Virus record (IMG/VR): IMGVR_UViG_3300035182_001315 | Length of the DNA stretch: 64,000 nucleotides | Reading direction: 5' to 3' (one strand) | Origin: a virus | Taxonomy: Duplodnaviria > Caudoviricetes | Shown: in pieces, positions 48,591 to 58,306 of the stretch | Position numbering within the stretch: position 1 is the stretch's first letter | How the letters are laid out: each line of letters begins with the position of its first letter | Notes under the pieces: model-generated | Databases searched by the model: none | The model's input: the letters and a program-made list of their open reading frames with translations, nothing else | Told to the model about the DNA's origin: nothing | Made by a program: the position numbers and the translations under genes

Positions 48591-48950
48591 TTAAAATCGG
48601 TTTGCTATTTTGTTTATCAGCTCTTCCTCTTCAGCGGTCAGCCGGTTCCAATTGCCATGTAGCTTTTGTAGCGACTGCTCATAGAATTCTTCATCATAAG
48701 CTCTTACATTGCTAAGGTCATGATGTTCCTGAAGATATTCCTCTTCCTCGAAGATTTCAATCATCTTATGAATATCATCGGTATCCATGAGTTCATAGAT
48801 TTCGTTGATATCAATGATACCGTCTTGGTATCCAAAAATTTCATCACGCTTACTTAAAGACCGAATCAGATTATGCATCTCATCTTTGGTCAATGAATCG
48901 AGGAATTCATCTACTGAGATATCTAATGAATCCACATGAAAAATCGGCAT
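48591..48950 (-). CDS. acidic hypothetical protein
   Basis: 119 aa, D/E-rich. Confidence 0.7.
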   Translation of the reverse strand: MPIFHVDSLDISVDEFLDSLTKDEMHNLIRSLSKRDEIFGYQDGIIDINEIYELMDTDDIHKMIEIFEEEEYLQEHHDLSNVRAYDEEFYEQSLQKLHGNWNRLTAEEEELINKIANRF

Positions 48951-48953
48951 AGG

Positions 48954-49169
48954 TTATTGTTTATCGTCGTTCCTATCTTGTCTTTCAAAGTTAGGATTAT
49001 GTTTAAAAATCATGTAAAAAGCATAGAATGTTATAAGTGCCCAGCTTATCAGGGTTACCAAAGCAAGGAATCGAGTTACCTGACAGTTGTATACTATCCA
49101 AGCCAAAAGACAAACCCAGTGCCCGACCATTGCTATTCTGAAGGTTTTGAGAAATGCTTTTCGTTCCAT
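48954..49169 (-). CDS. small membrane protein
   Basis: Two TM segments. Confidence 0.6.
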   Translation of the reverse strand: MERKAFLKTFRIAMVGHWVCLLAWIVYNCQVTRFLALVTLISWALITFYAFYMIFKHNPNFERQDRNDDKQ

Positions 49170-49369
49170 TATTTTTCTTCCTTTAATCTTTTTAAACCGG
49201 CTCTGAATTCAATCTCGGCTTCATTTCTTTTTATATCAGCAAGAAGGGTTGCATACAAACCACTTTCACTTAAATGTTTGTATTGTTCCTTTAGGGCCAG
49301 TAGTCTGTCAAGTTCCTTCTGAATGGTTGCTGTTCTTTTTTTCTTAAATTCGTCACTCATACATTCCAA
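49169..49369 (-). CDS. hypothetical protein
   Basis: Coupled ORF. Confidence 0.6.
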   Translation of the reverse strand: MECMSDEFKKKRTATIQKELDRLLALKEQYKHLSESGLYATLLADIKRNEAEIEFRAGLKRLKEEK

Positions 49370-49709
49370 CTGGTTTTTGGTTCATAATATCCAATATCTT
49401 ATGTATCTCACCTTCCCATCTCCGTTTGATGTAATCAACTTGCTTGATGCTGGTGATATTGTTCGACTCTCTGCCGATATGGTAACCCCTTTGAAAGGAT
49501 TCCCACATTAAACTCACAACTTCTTCATCACTGTACCTGTCAATCATGATTTCGTACTTATCAAGGAGTTCTTCGTCCTTAAGAGAAGACAGAACCATGT
49601 GTGCTGCTTGGCCGGTGGCAAATGAACCGTCTTCGTGCCTTATTTCAAAGGGTGACTCGCATTCAATTTCCCAGCCATTGCTTTCCAGTATTGATTCATC
49701 GCTTCTCAT
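49353..49709 (-). CDS. hypothetical protein
   Basis: LESNGWEIECESPFEIRHEDGSFATG motif; likely start MRSDE. Confidence 0.65.
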   Translation of the reverse strand: MRSDESILESNGWEIECESPFEIRHEDGSFATGQAAHMVLSSLKDEELLDKYEIMIDRYSDEEVVSLMWESFQRGYHIGRESNNITSIKQVDYIKRRWEGEIHKILDIMNQKPVGMYE

Positions 49710-49856
49710 GTTCGTTAATCGTTGACAGCATCTTGTCAATCTCCTTTTGAAGGAGAAGGCGCTCTGGATGCTCAGGTGGATATATTAGTGCGAGGTCCTT
49801 AGCCTTCTTGAAATGCTCCCAGTAACTAAACTTCAGTATTTCAAGTTGAATAGGTG

Positions 49857-50096
49857 TCATGCTTTTCTTATATTTAATTTCAATTTGTGGTGATAGGCCA
49901 ACATCACATTAAGTGATATCAATGCCTCATTAAATGCGTCCTCTTGGCTTTCACCAGATACTACTATCTTCAGGATGTTGTTAACGGCCAGCCATTGTTG
50001 TTTACCGTCTCCGATATCATAGGGCCCTTCGAATTCAAACTCCAACTTGTTCAAGAGGATTGATTGGTCTGTCATTTGTTTTGATATTAGTTTCAA
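49857..50096 (-). CDS. hypothetical protein
   Basis: 79-aa ORF. Confidence 0.55.
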   Translation of the reverse strand: MKLISKQMTDQSILLNKLEFEFEGPYDIGDGKQQWLAVNNILKIVVSGESQEDAFNEALISLNVMLAYHHKLKLNIRKA

Positions 50097-50436
50097 TCAT
50101 TCGTCTTATCTGCTTGAAATGTTTCGGCTCATCAAGGTCAAGGTATTGTCCCTGACTGTTAAGGTAAGCGAGGCTTTCGGTTAGTAGGTAAGCGAGGTTA
50201 GTTTTATCATGAACCAAATCCAAATACCCTTGTATCGCTGTGTTATAGCCAGATGTTGTTACAGGGAAGGCTTCACGTCTCATCGGCGATTCAAGGATTA
50301 TTGAAGGTTCGCTTCTCATGCCGGGGCTGATGAATATCTTAACGGTGCCCATCCAGTCATCACGCTCACGCTTGTAAGCATGGCTGATGGTCATCCCACC
50401 CATTAATAATTCTTTTATCTGCTCAGCTTTGGTCAT
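50035..50436 (-). CDS. hypothetical protein
   Basis: 133 aa after a promoter motif. Confidence 0.65.
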   Translation of the reverse strand: MTKAEQIKELLMGGMTISHAYKRERDDWMGTVKIFISPGMRSEPSIILESPMRREAFPVTTSGYNTAIQGYLDLVHDKTNLAYLLTESLAYLNSQGQYLDLDEPKHFKQIRRMIETNIKTNDRPINPLEQVGV

Positions 50437-50459
50437 GGTGCGAAGATACTAAAAGTTTT

Positions 50460-50679
50460 ATTAATAGATTTCGTTTTTCTTCCTGATAGGACAAAACTTG
50501 GGTATCGGAACATCACGCTCTTCGTTCCAACCAATCATGGTACCAATGGATTTATCAGCTTTCTTACAAAACCAATCACTTACTCGGTCGAAGCCGTCTG
50601 TAGAGTAATCACGAGCCACCTTAAAGAAGGGGCATTCCTTTTATGTACTGATTTCCAGTACGATTGTTGTTTTATCCAT
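50460..50679 (-). pseudogene. Small Cys-rich gene with an in-frame TAA
   Basis: MDKTTIVLEIST*KECPFF..DWFC..IPKFCP. Confidence 0.55.
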
Positions 50680-50682
50680 CGA

Positions 50683-51006
50683 TTACATTTTATCTATAAA
50701 TCCAACGACTATAGAAATGGTTGAATTGGAAACCCTCATCAAGAATTCTTCCTTCGTTATCAGCTCTTCATTGAAGGAGTAATCGAAGTTGGTTCTGTCC
50801 CAGCCATCCGCATCAAGTATCTTAAGTTTGGCTTCCGGTGGTACCAGCTTCTCCCATTCCTTTGAAGTCTTCAATTCCGCTTCTTCTTCCTCACGTTCTG
50901 CGAGTATCATTTCCTGTGCTCTGCATGGCCTACAGCAAAATTTTGTTCTTGGTAGGTTATTCTCAATCTGATGCAGACACATGCAAAAATAATTATGCTT
51001 GCTCAT
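50683..51006 (-). CDS. hypothetical protein
   Basis: KILDADGWDR motif. Confidence 0.65.
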   Translation of the reverse strand: MSKHNYFCMCLHQIENNLPRTKFCCRPCRAQEMILAEREEEEAELKTSKEWEKLVPPEAKLKILDADGWDRTNFDYSFNEELITKEEFLMRVSNSTISIVVGFIDKM

Positions 51007-51259
51007 TTAGTTTTCTTTCTTTCGCCTTTACTCTCGCTGCCTTAGCGTTTGTTAATTCATCGGGCCAACCCAATGCTTTCTTTACGAAGTTGCCGCCTTG
51101 TGCCGCTTGGTCACATTGTTCAAGGGTTGTACCCCATGTGGTTACATGCTGGGTACCTGTTACATTATCGAATGCAACGATGACTACTTGTGAATAGCCA
51201 TGGGCTACACCAATGCGCTTGGCATCAGAAATTGGAATACGTTTACCTGTTTTTCTCAT
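50993..51259 (-). CDS. hypothetical protein
   Basis: IPISDAKRI..QHVTTWG motif. Confidence 0.7.
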   Translation of the reverse strand: MRKTGKRIPISDAKRIGVAHGYSQVVIVAFDNVTGTQHVTTWGTTLEQCDQAAQGGNFVKKALGWPDELTNAKAARVKAKERKLNEQA

Positions 51260-51582
51260 ACAATATTTTTTTCATACCATTCCGGCATTTTTAATTTATT
51301 AACCTCAGTTGTATAAAGGTTGAAATGCTCTTTGGCCATTCTTTTAAGGAAAATCTCAGTTTCATCAAGAGAGATATCAAAAGTTTCTGTTATTATTAAC
51401 CATATATGTTGATAATTTATGGCTAAACATTCACTTAATATATTATACTCAAAGAGACATGTATCTTCTTCATTAAAATAGAACACACTATTAGGAAAAT
51501 TCCTGTTAAGAACCTTTCTGACATTCCCACATAATCGAAGAAAACACTTTTTCATTATCTCATCCAAATCTCCGAAACACAT
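51256..51582 (-). CDS. hypothetical protein
   Basis: 108-aa ORF. Confidence 0.6.
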   Translation of the reverse strand: MCFGDLDEIMKKCFLRLCGNVRKVLNRNFPNSVFYFNEEDTCLFEYNILSECLAINYQHIWLIITETFDISLDETEIFLKRMAKEHFNLYTTEVNKLKMPEWYEKNIV

Positions 51583-51589
51583 ATCTTAA

Positions 51590-52183
51590 TTATTTCTTAT
51601 TCATTGCTGATTTAGAAGCTTCCAATAACTTCTTAGCTTCATCGGTATCAATGATAGCCAGCTTGGTTACCGCTGTTGCAAAATGCAGGGGAACCGTTGA
51701 AGTAATGTACTTCATGTTGGTTTCGATATAGATGTCTTCTGGTGTGAAGCCAAATACACCATTACCGTTTGTTCCGTAGCTACCATCTTCCGCTGGGCTT
51801 GGCATAACGAAATCCCCAGAGTACTGGCCGACATCACCCCTAACCAACTGCTCAGTATTTGTAAGCTGAGAGTTAACAGATGATACCTTGTTTACCTGAT
51901 AGTAACCTATCGGTTGCGCAACACCTTCAATGAAGACATACATAAAGAACGTAACCGCACGGTCATTCTGTAATTTAGACCTCTTGATAAGGTTGTCCCT
52001 TTCAAGGCTCCAGTTGATGGTTGGCGGTGGCTGAACCTTGTTCAGGTTCTGCTGGTTGTTTTCAGTGTGTACTTGTTCATCCTTGGCAGATGTGTTGGCT
52101 GGACGTTCGTCATTTACACAACTTTCTGATGTCAGAATGGTAAATAGTGAGACTATTAATAGAACTGCAAATAGCTTTTTCAT
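51590..52183 (-). CDS. lipoprotein
   Basis: Signal peptide ending SESC; WSLERDNL and EDGSYGTNG motifs. Confidence 0.75.
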   Translation of the reverse strand: MKKLFAVLLIVSLFTILTSESCVNDERPANTSAKDEQVHTENNQQNLNKVQPPPTINWSLERDNLIKRSKLQNDRAVTFFMYVFIEGVAQPIGYYQVNKVSSVNSQLTNTEQLVRGDVGQYSGDFVMPSPAEDGSYGTNGNGVFGFTPEDIYIETNMKYITSTVPLHFATAVTKLAIIDTDEAKKLLEASKSAMNKK

Positions 52184-52185
52184 GT

Positions 52186-52578
52186 TTACTTTGGGTTATA
52201 GTTTGAATAATTGTTTACATCAAGACGATAAGGCAGCTTGCCACTCTTCCACAATTTCTTATCAATGTGTTCACTCTTCGCATTGTACTCAGTTACCCAA
52301 CGATTCAAGTTCGCTTTGATGGCGAAGACACGTTGAGACTTTGTAATCTGGTCGAACTGTTTATCAGTTTCTGGAATTGACTGAAGGTTGCCCAAGTCAG
52401 TGTTGAGCTGGTCGCAGGTGTTGTAGATGTTCTGATATTCATCATAACTTACCACAGCGTTCTTCATGCTTTCCTCAACATGGTTTTGAGCGATGTTGCA
52501 AGTGTTGCAGGTGAATGCCAAGACTGATATCGCAACCATGGCTAAAAGAACCAAAACGATTGTACCGAATGTTTTCAT
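52186..52578 (-). CDS. membrane-anchored coiled-coil protein
   Basis: N-terminal TM, helical body. Confidence 0.7.
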   Translation of the reverse strand: MKTFGTIVLVLLAMVAISVLAFTCNTCNIAQNHVEESMKNAVVSYDEYQNIYNTCDQLNTDLGNLQSIPETDKQFDQITKSQRVFAIKANLNRWVTEYNAKSEHIDKKLWKSGKLPYRLDVNNYSNYNPK

Positions 52579-52612
52579 TTTTATGTGTTTTTTGTTTTAG
52601 AATACAAAGTTA

Positions 52613-52924
52613 CTAAACTTCTTTTGATTCGGTTGAAGAATTTTCGAATTCTTCCTTCAACTTCAAATAATTCTGCCGTCTTCTCTCCTTCGCTTCGAAC
52701 CTCTGTTTTTGATTGTGCTTCTGACGTTCGGTATATTCCTCGTCAGTCTCCGGCACCATTCTGGTTACCTGAACGTAGTAGTGACCTTTCCAGTCAGTGC
52801 TTTCATCACCGGCCTCAAACCCCATTAAAATGACATCATTGTCATGGAATTCGAAGTCCTTGATGTCGGACCACTTGAATGCCTCGTTGCCGTATTTATG
52901 CAGCACAATTTCCTCAAGCATCAA
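52613..52924 (-). CDS. hypothetical protein
   Basis: 103-aa ORF. Confidence 0.65.
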   Translation of the reverse strand: MMLEEIVLHKYGNEAFKWSDIKDFEFHDNDVILMGFEAGDESTDWKGHYYVQVTRMVPETDEEYTERQKHNQKQRFEAKERRRQNYLKLKEEFENSSTESKEV

Positions 52925-53062
52925 TCGCTCTAATTCAATGGATTAAAGACAGAGTTGCCATGGGTACAAAGCATTCCGATTCTATCGTATGCCTGTATGG
53001 TCGGTTCCTTGAACCCAAGGAACTTCAAAGCTACAGCTTCGTCATGTAGTAAAACGTTCTTG

Positions 53063-53470
53063 TTACTGGGCATCTCCGGCTATCATTATAAGTGACCTTA
53101 TGCATTCAGTGTTTGCTTGATGAATGTCTCTCCACTCGCCTTTCTCCATAACCTTCTTCCATTGTCCTTTGGGTCCCAGCTTCCATATCTCAAAACTGAA
53201 AACACCCTCAATGCTAATACACACAAAGCCATGCATCCTTCTGGCTGTTGTAAACCAAAGGAAGGCATCGCTGAAGGTCGGTGCTGTTATACGAGAATTT
53301 GAAGCATTCCAGTTTTCTGGGAACTTGTACCACTTGGTTGGGTTGTTGCTGTGCTTCCCATCCGGCAATGAAATATAAAAATAATCGCTTGGTACATCAT
53401 AATACATTTGTTTTAATTCAAGTGCTTCTGAGTAGTTAAGGATTGTTTTTGTTACGTTCTCTAAGGGCAT
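53063..53470 (-). CDS. hypothetical protein
   Basis: APTFSDAFLWF motif. Confidence 0.65.
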   Translation of the reverse strand: MPLENVTKTILNYSEALELKQMYYDVPSDYFYISLPDGKHSNNPTKWYKFPENWNASNSRITAPTFSDAFLWFTTARRMHGFVCISIEGVFSFEIWKLGPKGQWKKVMEKGEWRDIHQANTECIRSLIMIAGDAQ

Positions 53471-53567
53471 GGATTAATTGAATTTATACGTCCAAGCCGT
53501 ATCACCAACAGCCTTTACGTTAACGGTTTTGCCTTTCATTAGGTCAAGAATATTCATAGATTTAGGT

Positions 53568-53780
53568 TTAATTCATTTCTTCAACTACCAATTCAATACT
53601 ATCTTTGATAAGGCTCTGGTAGACGTTATCAATTGCATGTGCAATCTGGATTGGGTCAAGGCCATCAGTCTCAAACTTTATTTCCTGACTGATGATGATT
53701 CCCAGCCCTTGTCCCCAATCGGGCAGGTCTGTTGGGTTTTTGGCTTTTATCTTAGCCTTTATCTTAAGTATTTTTTTCAT
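53568..53780 (-). CDS. hypothetical protein
   Basis: 70-aa ORF. Confidence 0.6.
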   Translation of the reverse strand: MKKILKIKAKIKAKNPTDLPDWGQGLGIIISQEIKFETDGLDPIQIAHAIDNVYQSLIKDSIELVVEEMN

Positions 53781-54069
53781 ATCTTACAATTTTTACACCG
53801 ATAGGAAATACCTCATTGAGATGGTCCACTGCATGTCTTACATCTTCATCTGAAAGCTTATGATGTAATAACCCCTCAATTATTTTCTTCCACGTTGATT
53901 CTGGTAGAACGATTGGTGGTGGGACATTTTCTTCCCTGCCAGCATCTTTCAGAAGCTTCATAAATCTATCCGCTTTCTCTTGCGTGTTTATTATTTGATG
54001 TAGACTACTGCTACTGTTTTCGCCTTGACTCATTCGTAGTTCTTTTAAACCACTTTTCAAAGTCATCAA
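53764..54069 (-). CDS. hypothetical protein
   Basis: Real start probably internal (MSQG). Confidence 0.5.
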   Translation of the reverse strand: MMTLKSGLKELRMSQGENSSSSLHQIINTQEKADRFMKLLKDAGREENVPPPIVLPESTWKKIIEGLLHHKLSDEDVRHAVDHLNEVFPIGVKIVRYEKNT

Positions 54070-54490
54070 GTGATTCGTGTAATGTTATATCAAATCTGTC
54101 GCAAACGATTTGAACGTTTCCTTTTCTCCAGAATCCATCAGGACAAACTACCGTCAGCTTTCCGCTGGCAGCATAGAGGCCCAGCTCCAATAAAGAGATT
54201 GGTGATTTGGTTTCTGGTTCGAAGTACATGAAGATAAGGTCAGCGGCATCCAGCGCATCCAGTTCCCAGTTAACCTGTTCAACGAATGTCTTGTTGCTTA
54301 TGTCCTGCTTCAAATCAGCATCCCACTTATCTCTGCGTGGATTAAAAATATCGAATTCACCTTCGAAGAGCTTGGTGATTCTTTTGGCCCAGTCTGATGC
54401 TGTACCTTGCTCAATGCTTCCAGCCAAGAATACTGAAGTTTCTTTCTCCAGCTTCTTTTTGTCTATTTGGGTGGGTGGTTTGAATATCAT
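54011..54490 (-). CDS. Nucleoside 2-deoxyribosyltransferase-like protein
   Basis: SVFLAGSI, IFNPRR, QVNWE, SPISLLELG, FWRKGNV. Confidence 0.85.
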   Translation of the reverse strand: MIFKPPTQIDKKKLEKETSVFLAGSIEQGTASDWAKRITKLFEGEFDIFNPRRDKWDADLKQDISNKTFVEQVNWELDALDAADLIFMYFEPETKSPISLLELGLYAASGKLTVVCPDGFWRKGNVQIVCDRFDITLHESLDDFEKWFKRTTNESRRKQ

Positions 54491-54813
54491 GATTGTTTGT
54501 ATAAGTAACGTTCCTCAATGGGAATATTGTTAGCTGTTGCGAAGGCTTTGCCGTATTCCATTCCACGGCTCATACCATGGTCAAGATAGAAGACATGCTT
54601 CTCAGCAACGTTCTTCCAAGCCAAACCTGCATCAATACCCCAATCACGTTCTTCTTTAATGTCATCGTTAAGAATGCCTTCTTGGGTATAAAGCAAATGA
54701 GAAGCAATGGGTGCCTCACCAATGGAAAGGCTGTGTCTTACGCATGCTCTTGCATACGCAATGTTACGCTGTACATCCCCAGCGAAAGGGCTTTCTAAGA
54801 TTACTCTTACCAT
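54487..54813 (-). CDS. NDT-like-fold small protein (DUF4406-like)
   Basis: VILESPFAGD, APIASHLLY, GMSRGM. Confidence 0.65.
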   Translation of the reverse strand: MVRVILESPFAGDVQRNIAYARACVRHSLSIGEAPIASHLLYTQEGILNDDIKEERDWGIDAGLAWKNVAEKHVFYLDHGMSRGMEYGKAFATANNIPIEERYLYKQS

Positions 54814-54846
54814 TTCAAATGGTTTTAAAAGGATATTGTTATTAGC

Positions 54847-55053
54847 TTATTTGCCGGTGTAAACGTACACAGAGTCCAGTTTGTTCTTGTGTATCGAATA
54901 CTTAACCGTAGGTATAAGCAATACCTTTGATTTAATTTTGGGGTTCTGAAAAGCCTTCCAGCCTTCATACAATCCCATACAGAGAAGTAGTATGATAGCA
55001 ATTAATCCTACTATCATAAAATTGGCTATGCCATTAAAAATGCTTCCATCCAT
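54847..55053 (-). CDS. small membrane protein
   Basis: N-terminal TM. Confidence 0.6.
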   Translation of the reverse strand: MDGSIFNGIANFMIVGLIAIILLLCMGLYEGWKAFQNPKIKSKVLLIPTVKYSIHKNKLDSVYVYTGK

Positions 55054-55056
55054 AGT

Positions 55057-55338
55057 TTACCATTTTTTATTGTCTTCGAACCACAAGATAACATAGTTAC
55101 CTGTTGTCTGATTATCTACCCATTCGAAATCCTTCCAGCCAGCGGCCATATAAAGGGCTTTTAATGCCTTCTCAAGGTCTTTGTTTATCTTCTCAGATAA
55201 ATCAACCCTTACATTCTCAGCATATCTGGATGGGTTCATATTCTCCAGCTTCTTGTCGATTTCCTTTTCGTACTTATCGACCAGCAAGTTGAATGCAGTT
55301 ACCCTTTTGTCATCCAGCGTCTTCATCTTTACTGCCAT
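55057..55338 (-). CDS. hypothetical protein
   Basis: LYMAAGW motif. Confidence 0.65.
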   Translation of the reverse strand: MAVKMKTLDDKRVTAFNLLVDKYEKEIDKKLENMNPSRYAENVRVDLSEKINKDLEKALKALYMAAGWKDFEWVDNQTTGNYVILWFEDNKKW

Positions 55339-55341
55339 GTC

Positions 55342-57039
55342 TTACAGTTTGGCCAACCTCTCCCTGATAGCAGTGAGCGTTGTTTGGTTATAGAATACAC
55401 TGTCTCTGAAGATTACCTTCAATTCATTGGCATCAGAGTTAACCTCAGCCCATGTTGAACGGTCTTTGATTACGTAATCACCGGCAGCATCCTTTACCAC
55501 CATGATAAGGCCACGGGCACTCTTCTTCACACCGCTATCAGTAATAGGGTCTTTGAAGATTTCGATACCTTCAGTTACACCGTTAACTTCAATCTCGATG
55601 TAAGTCGCCTTCTGTGCGAAGCCGTGTGTGTCACGGGTAACAAACTGCAATGAGTAGCTACCAACACCCAACACGATGTTTGTTGAAGCAAAGCCTTTCG
55701 CAGCCAGCCTTTCAAACATTTGTTCCGCACGGCTGTATGTAATAGAATCACCATAAATGGCACCGATGTGAGAATTCAATCTCTTGTAGCCGGTTGATGA
55801 TGTATCACCGCCGAAGATGTCCCACAGCAATTCAATAACACCTTTCTTCTCAGCGTCACTGACATATATTTTGGTAAAATATTCAGAAGCCTGATATACA
55901 TCATTTTCACCATATTCTTCCAATGTAGATTGGAAACCATCACCGTCAAACTCATATACGTCACCATTGTACAATACACGTTTTGTCTTGGTTTGAAGAC
56001 AATCCTGAATGTCAAGTTCTGCTACTGGTTTGATACCACATATGATATCAACTGGGTCTCCAGAATCAGGACGTATAACCAACTTACCATCACGAGCAAG
56101 GATTTCATCCTTCAGGATACGACAGTAGTCAACGATAACTCTCCACAAGTCCCATGTATCGCTCACCAACGACAGGATGCCGGTTGGAAATTTCCTTAAC
56201 AGATAACGGAAGGTTTCAACCTCAACCTCACCAATCTTGTCCCAGCTACCTTCTTTGGTTTTGACAAAGAAGCCAGTCAGAGAACACATGATGGCATGCT
56301 CAGAGGCGATAACTGAATTGATACATACTTCCTTTTCGAAGTAGAACTTACGAGCTGCTGGTATAACCGGCAGGGTATCGCTACCACGGGAAGTTGTTGC
56401 GAAGCCCAAGCCACTGTTCACGATTGAAGACATACCATCCATACCTCTCATTGAGAAATTGTGGAACTGGTAATCAACAAACCATGCATTCTCAGGGTCA
56501 GTCTTAGCAATCCATTTGTTACCTAGTCTGCGTAGAGCCAAGCCAAGTGTTGCACTGGTAGGTGCATTCCATGCTTCAGCGGACAGGATTGTTTCAAGGT
56601 AGTTTACTATCCAGTCGAACACACCACCATCCAATGGCTTAGTGTTTACAATGGTATAGAATGGAACCTTGTATTTGATTTCGGTACCTTCCTGAATCGA
56701 ACGGATTTCGATTGGTAGGTAACCCAGTGTGTGTAGTTGTTTGAAGTGAGTTACGTCAATTGGTTCTTTGAACATCAACAGGTCACCCATGTCTTTTGCG
56801 AAGTCATCAATTTCTACGATTGGTCGGTTGAAGAAGTTGTTCTTCCAATCTTCCTGAATCTTCATAACCAACATCTGCTGGCCGAAGGATACAATCTTAC
56901 CGTTGTTTGGGCAGTTTGAATTCTTGCCGCTACGTGGCGTAAAGTTTGACTGCATCAGTGTGCTACCTACTGGAAGCATTGGCTTGTGTCCAACTTTGTA
57001 AGTATCGACGTTGTAAATAGATAACCAATTGAAATTCAT
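55342..57039 (-). CDS. nadV: Nicotinamide phosphoribosyltransferase-like enzyme (NAMPT; Namat if NARP1)
   Basis: DTYKVGH, HNFSMRG, ASEHAIMC, VSDTWD, IRPDSGDP, IYGDSIT. Confidence 0.92.
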   Translation of the reverse strand: MNFNWLSIYNVDTYKVGHKPMLPVGSTLMQSNFTPRSGKNSNCPNNGKIVSFGQQMLVMKIQEDWKNNFFNRPIVEIDDFAKDMGDLLMFKEPIDVTHFKQLHTLGYLPIEIRSIQEGTEIKYKVPFYTIVNTKPLDGGVFDWIVNYLETILSAEAWNAPTSATLGLALRRLGNKWIAKTDPENAWFVDYQFHNFSMRGMDGMSSIVNSGLGFATTSRGSDTLPVIPAARKFYFEKEVCINSVIASEHAIMCSLTGFFVKTKEGSWDKIGEVEVETFRYLLRKFPTGILSLVSDTWDLWRVIVDYCRILKDEILARDGKLVIRPDSGDPVDIICGIKPVAELDIQDCLQTKTKRVLYNGDVYEFDGDGFQSTLEEYGENDVYQASEYFTKIYVSDAEKKGVIELLWDIFGGDTSSTGYKRLNSHIGAIYGDSITYSRAEQMFERLAAKGFASTNIVLGVGSYSLQFVTRDTHGFAQKATYIEIEVNGVTEGIEIFKDPITDSGVKKSARGLIMVVKDAAGDYVIKDRSTWAEVNSDANELKVIFRDSVFYNQTTLTAIRERLAKL

Positions 57040-57043
57040 TTTT

Positions 57044-57457
57044 TTATTTTTTATACTTTAATAAATACTTTACAGCTTTTTTGACAATATCAACACTATC
57101 CTTCATTAACCCCAAAGCTCGATTACTATTGGAGCATAATAATCCCCTGATTTTATTGGAATCATGACAATGGTCAACACATAAAAAAGATAGCCTACTA
57201 CTTGGTTCTGGTTGGTTACAGACGGCACAAACACCGTTCTGTTCCTCGAACATTTTGTTATAATCCTCAAGTGTTAAATTAAACATTCGCTTTAAGTGTG
57301 CTCTACGTGAAGATTCAACACCAAGTTCGCTCTGATAAAATGCTTGCCTTTTCGCCTTGTTATTAAGATTCCTTTCAGTTATTTTATCTTTGTTATCTTT
57401 TCTCCATTGTCTATCAATTATTAACCGACAAGCCTTACAACCGAACCCATAACCCAA
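57044..57457 (-). CDS. Endonuclease VII-type HNH protein (5' region frameshifted)
   Basis: QNGVCAVC, LCVDHCH, IRGLLCSN; upstream in-frame ICTKC lacks a proper start. Confidence 0.75.
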   Translation of the reverse strand: MGYGFGCKACRLIIDRQWRKDNKDKITERNLNNKAKRQAFYQSELGVESSRRAHLKRMFNLTLEDYNKMFEEQNGVCAVCNQPEPSSRLSFLCVDHCHDSNKIRGLLCSNSNRALGLMKDSVDIVKKAVKYLLKYKK

Positions 57458-57639
57458 GGACTGACTCTTATCTTTGGGAAATTCATTAATTGGTTTTTCA
57501 ACGTTACATTTAGTACAAATTCTTTTTTCATAATCTGCTTTAATATAAAAAAGCAGAAATATGAAAATGTTTATAAATTTATTGTTTGTAAACGTCTGTG
57601 TTATAGATTGATAACCAATTAAAGTTCATGATTGTATTT

Positions 57640-57948
57640 TTAAATTAAATATTTATTTATCAGTATTTCAAGTTTAACATAGGGTATTCCATCGCCCCAA
57701 GTTTCGGCACTGACCCATGTGTCTCTGTCCTTTAGATACCAGTAGAAATAATCTGATTTACTCAAGTATTGAAGGTTTCCCGTTGGGGAAACCATATTCA
57801 TAATAGCTTCCATCCACCTTGTCTTATCAGGGTCAAACTTAATGTAAGCAAAGATACGAACTTCCCCGTTATAAATATCAGCTAATCTTGCTTTTTTAAG
57901 CTCAACAGCAGTACTATTATTCATTGTTCTTTCTTTTCTACTGGCCAT
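57640..57948 (-). CDS. hypothetical protein
   Basis: 102-aa ORF. Confidence 0.6.
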   Translation of the reverse strand: MASRKERTMNNSTAVELKKARLADIYNGEVRIFAYIKFDPDKTRWMEAIMNMVSPTGNLQYLSKSDYFYWYLKDRDTWVSAETWGDGIPYVKLEILINKYLI

Positions 57949-58205
57949 TAAGGAGTATCTTCGTAAATAATTGTTACATGATGTGTTGCTGGTGTAGTCC
58001 CATATACCATATTCTGAGGTGACTGGCTGTGGAGTATTTCAATCTCAGAATATGAAGAATGATTCACAATCTTGATATTCGTCTTCTTACCCTCAAGCCA
58101 ATCGTTTACATTACCCCTTAATACAGAAGGGCTTTTGGAATTAAAATTTATGAATTTATACATATTTTTATTTATAAAGAAATGAAATAAACACATAATT
58201 CCCAA
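57948..58205 (-). CDS. hypothetical protein
   Basis: 85-aa ORF. Confidence 0.5.
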   Translation of the reverse strand: MGIMCLFHFFINKNMYKFINFNSKSPSVLRGNVNDWLEGKKTNIKIVNHSSYSEIEILHSQSPQNMVYGTTPATHHVTIIYEDTP

Positions 58206-58306
58206 TTATTTTAATTTCATGCCGGATGATTTCAATCTCTCCGACCGTTTTTAACTATTCATTAACCGTCTCGCCCAATGCAGCTGGATAAGAACTACTA
58301 AAAGAT

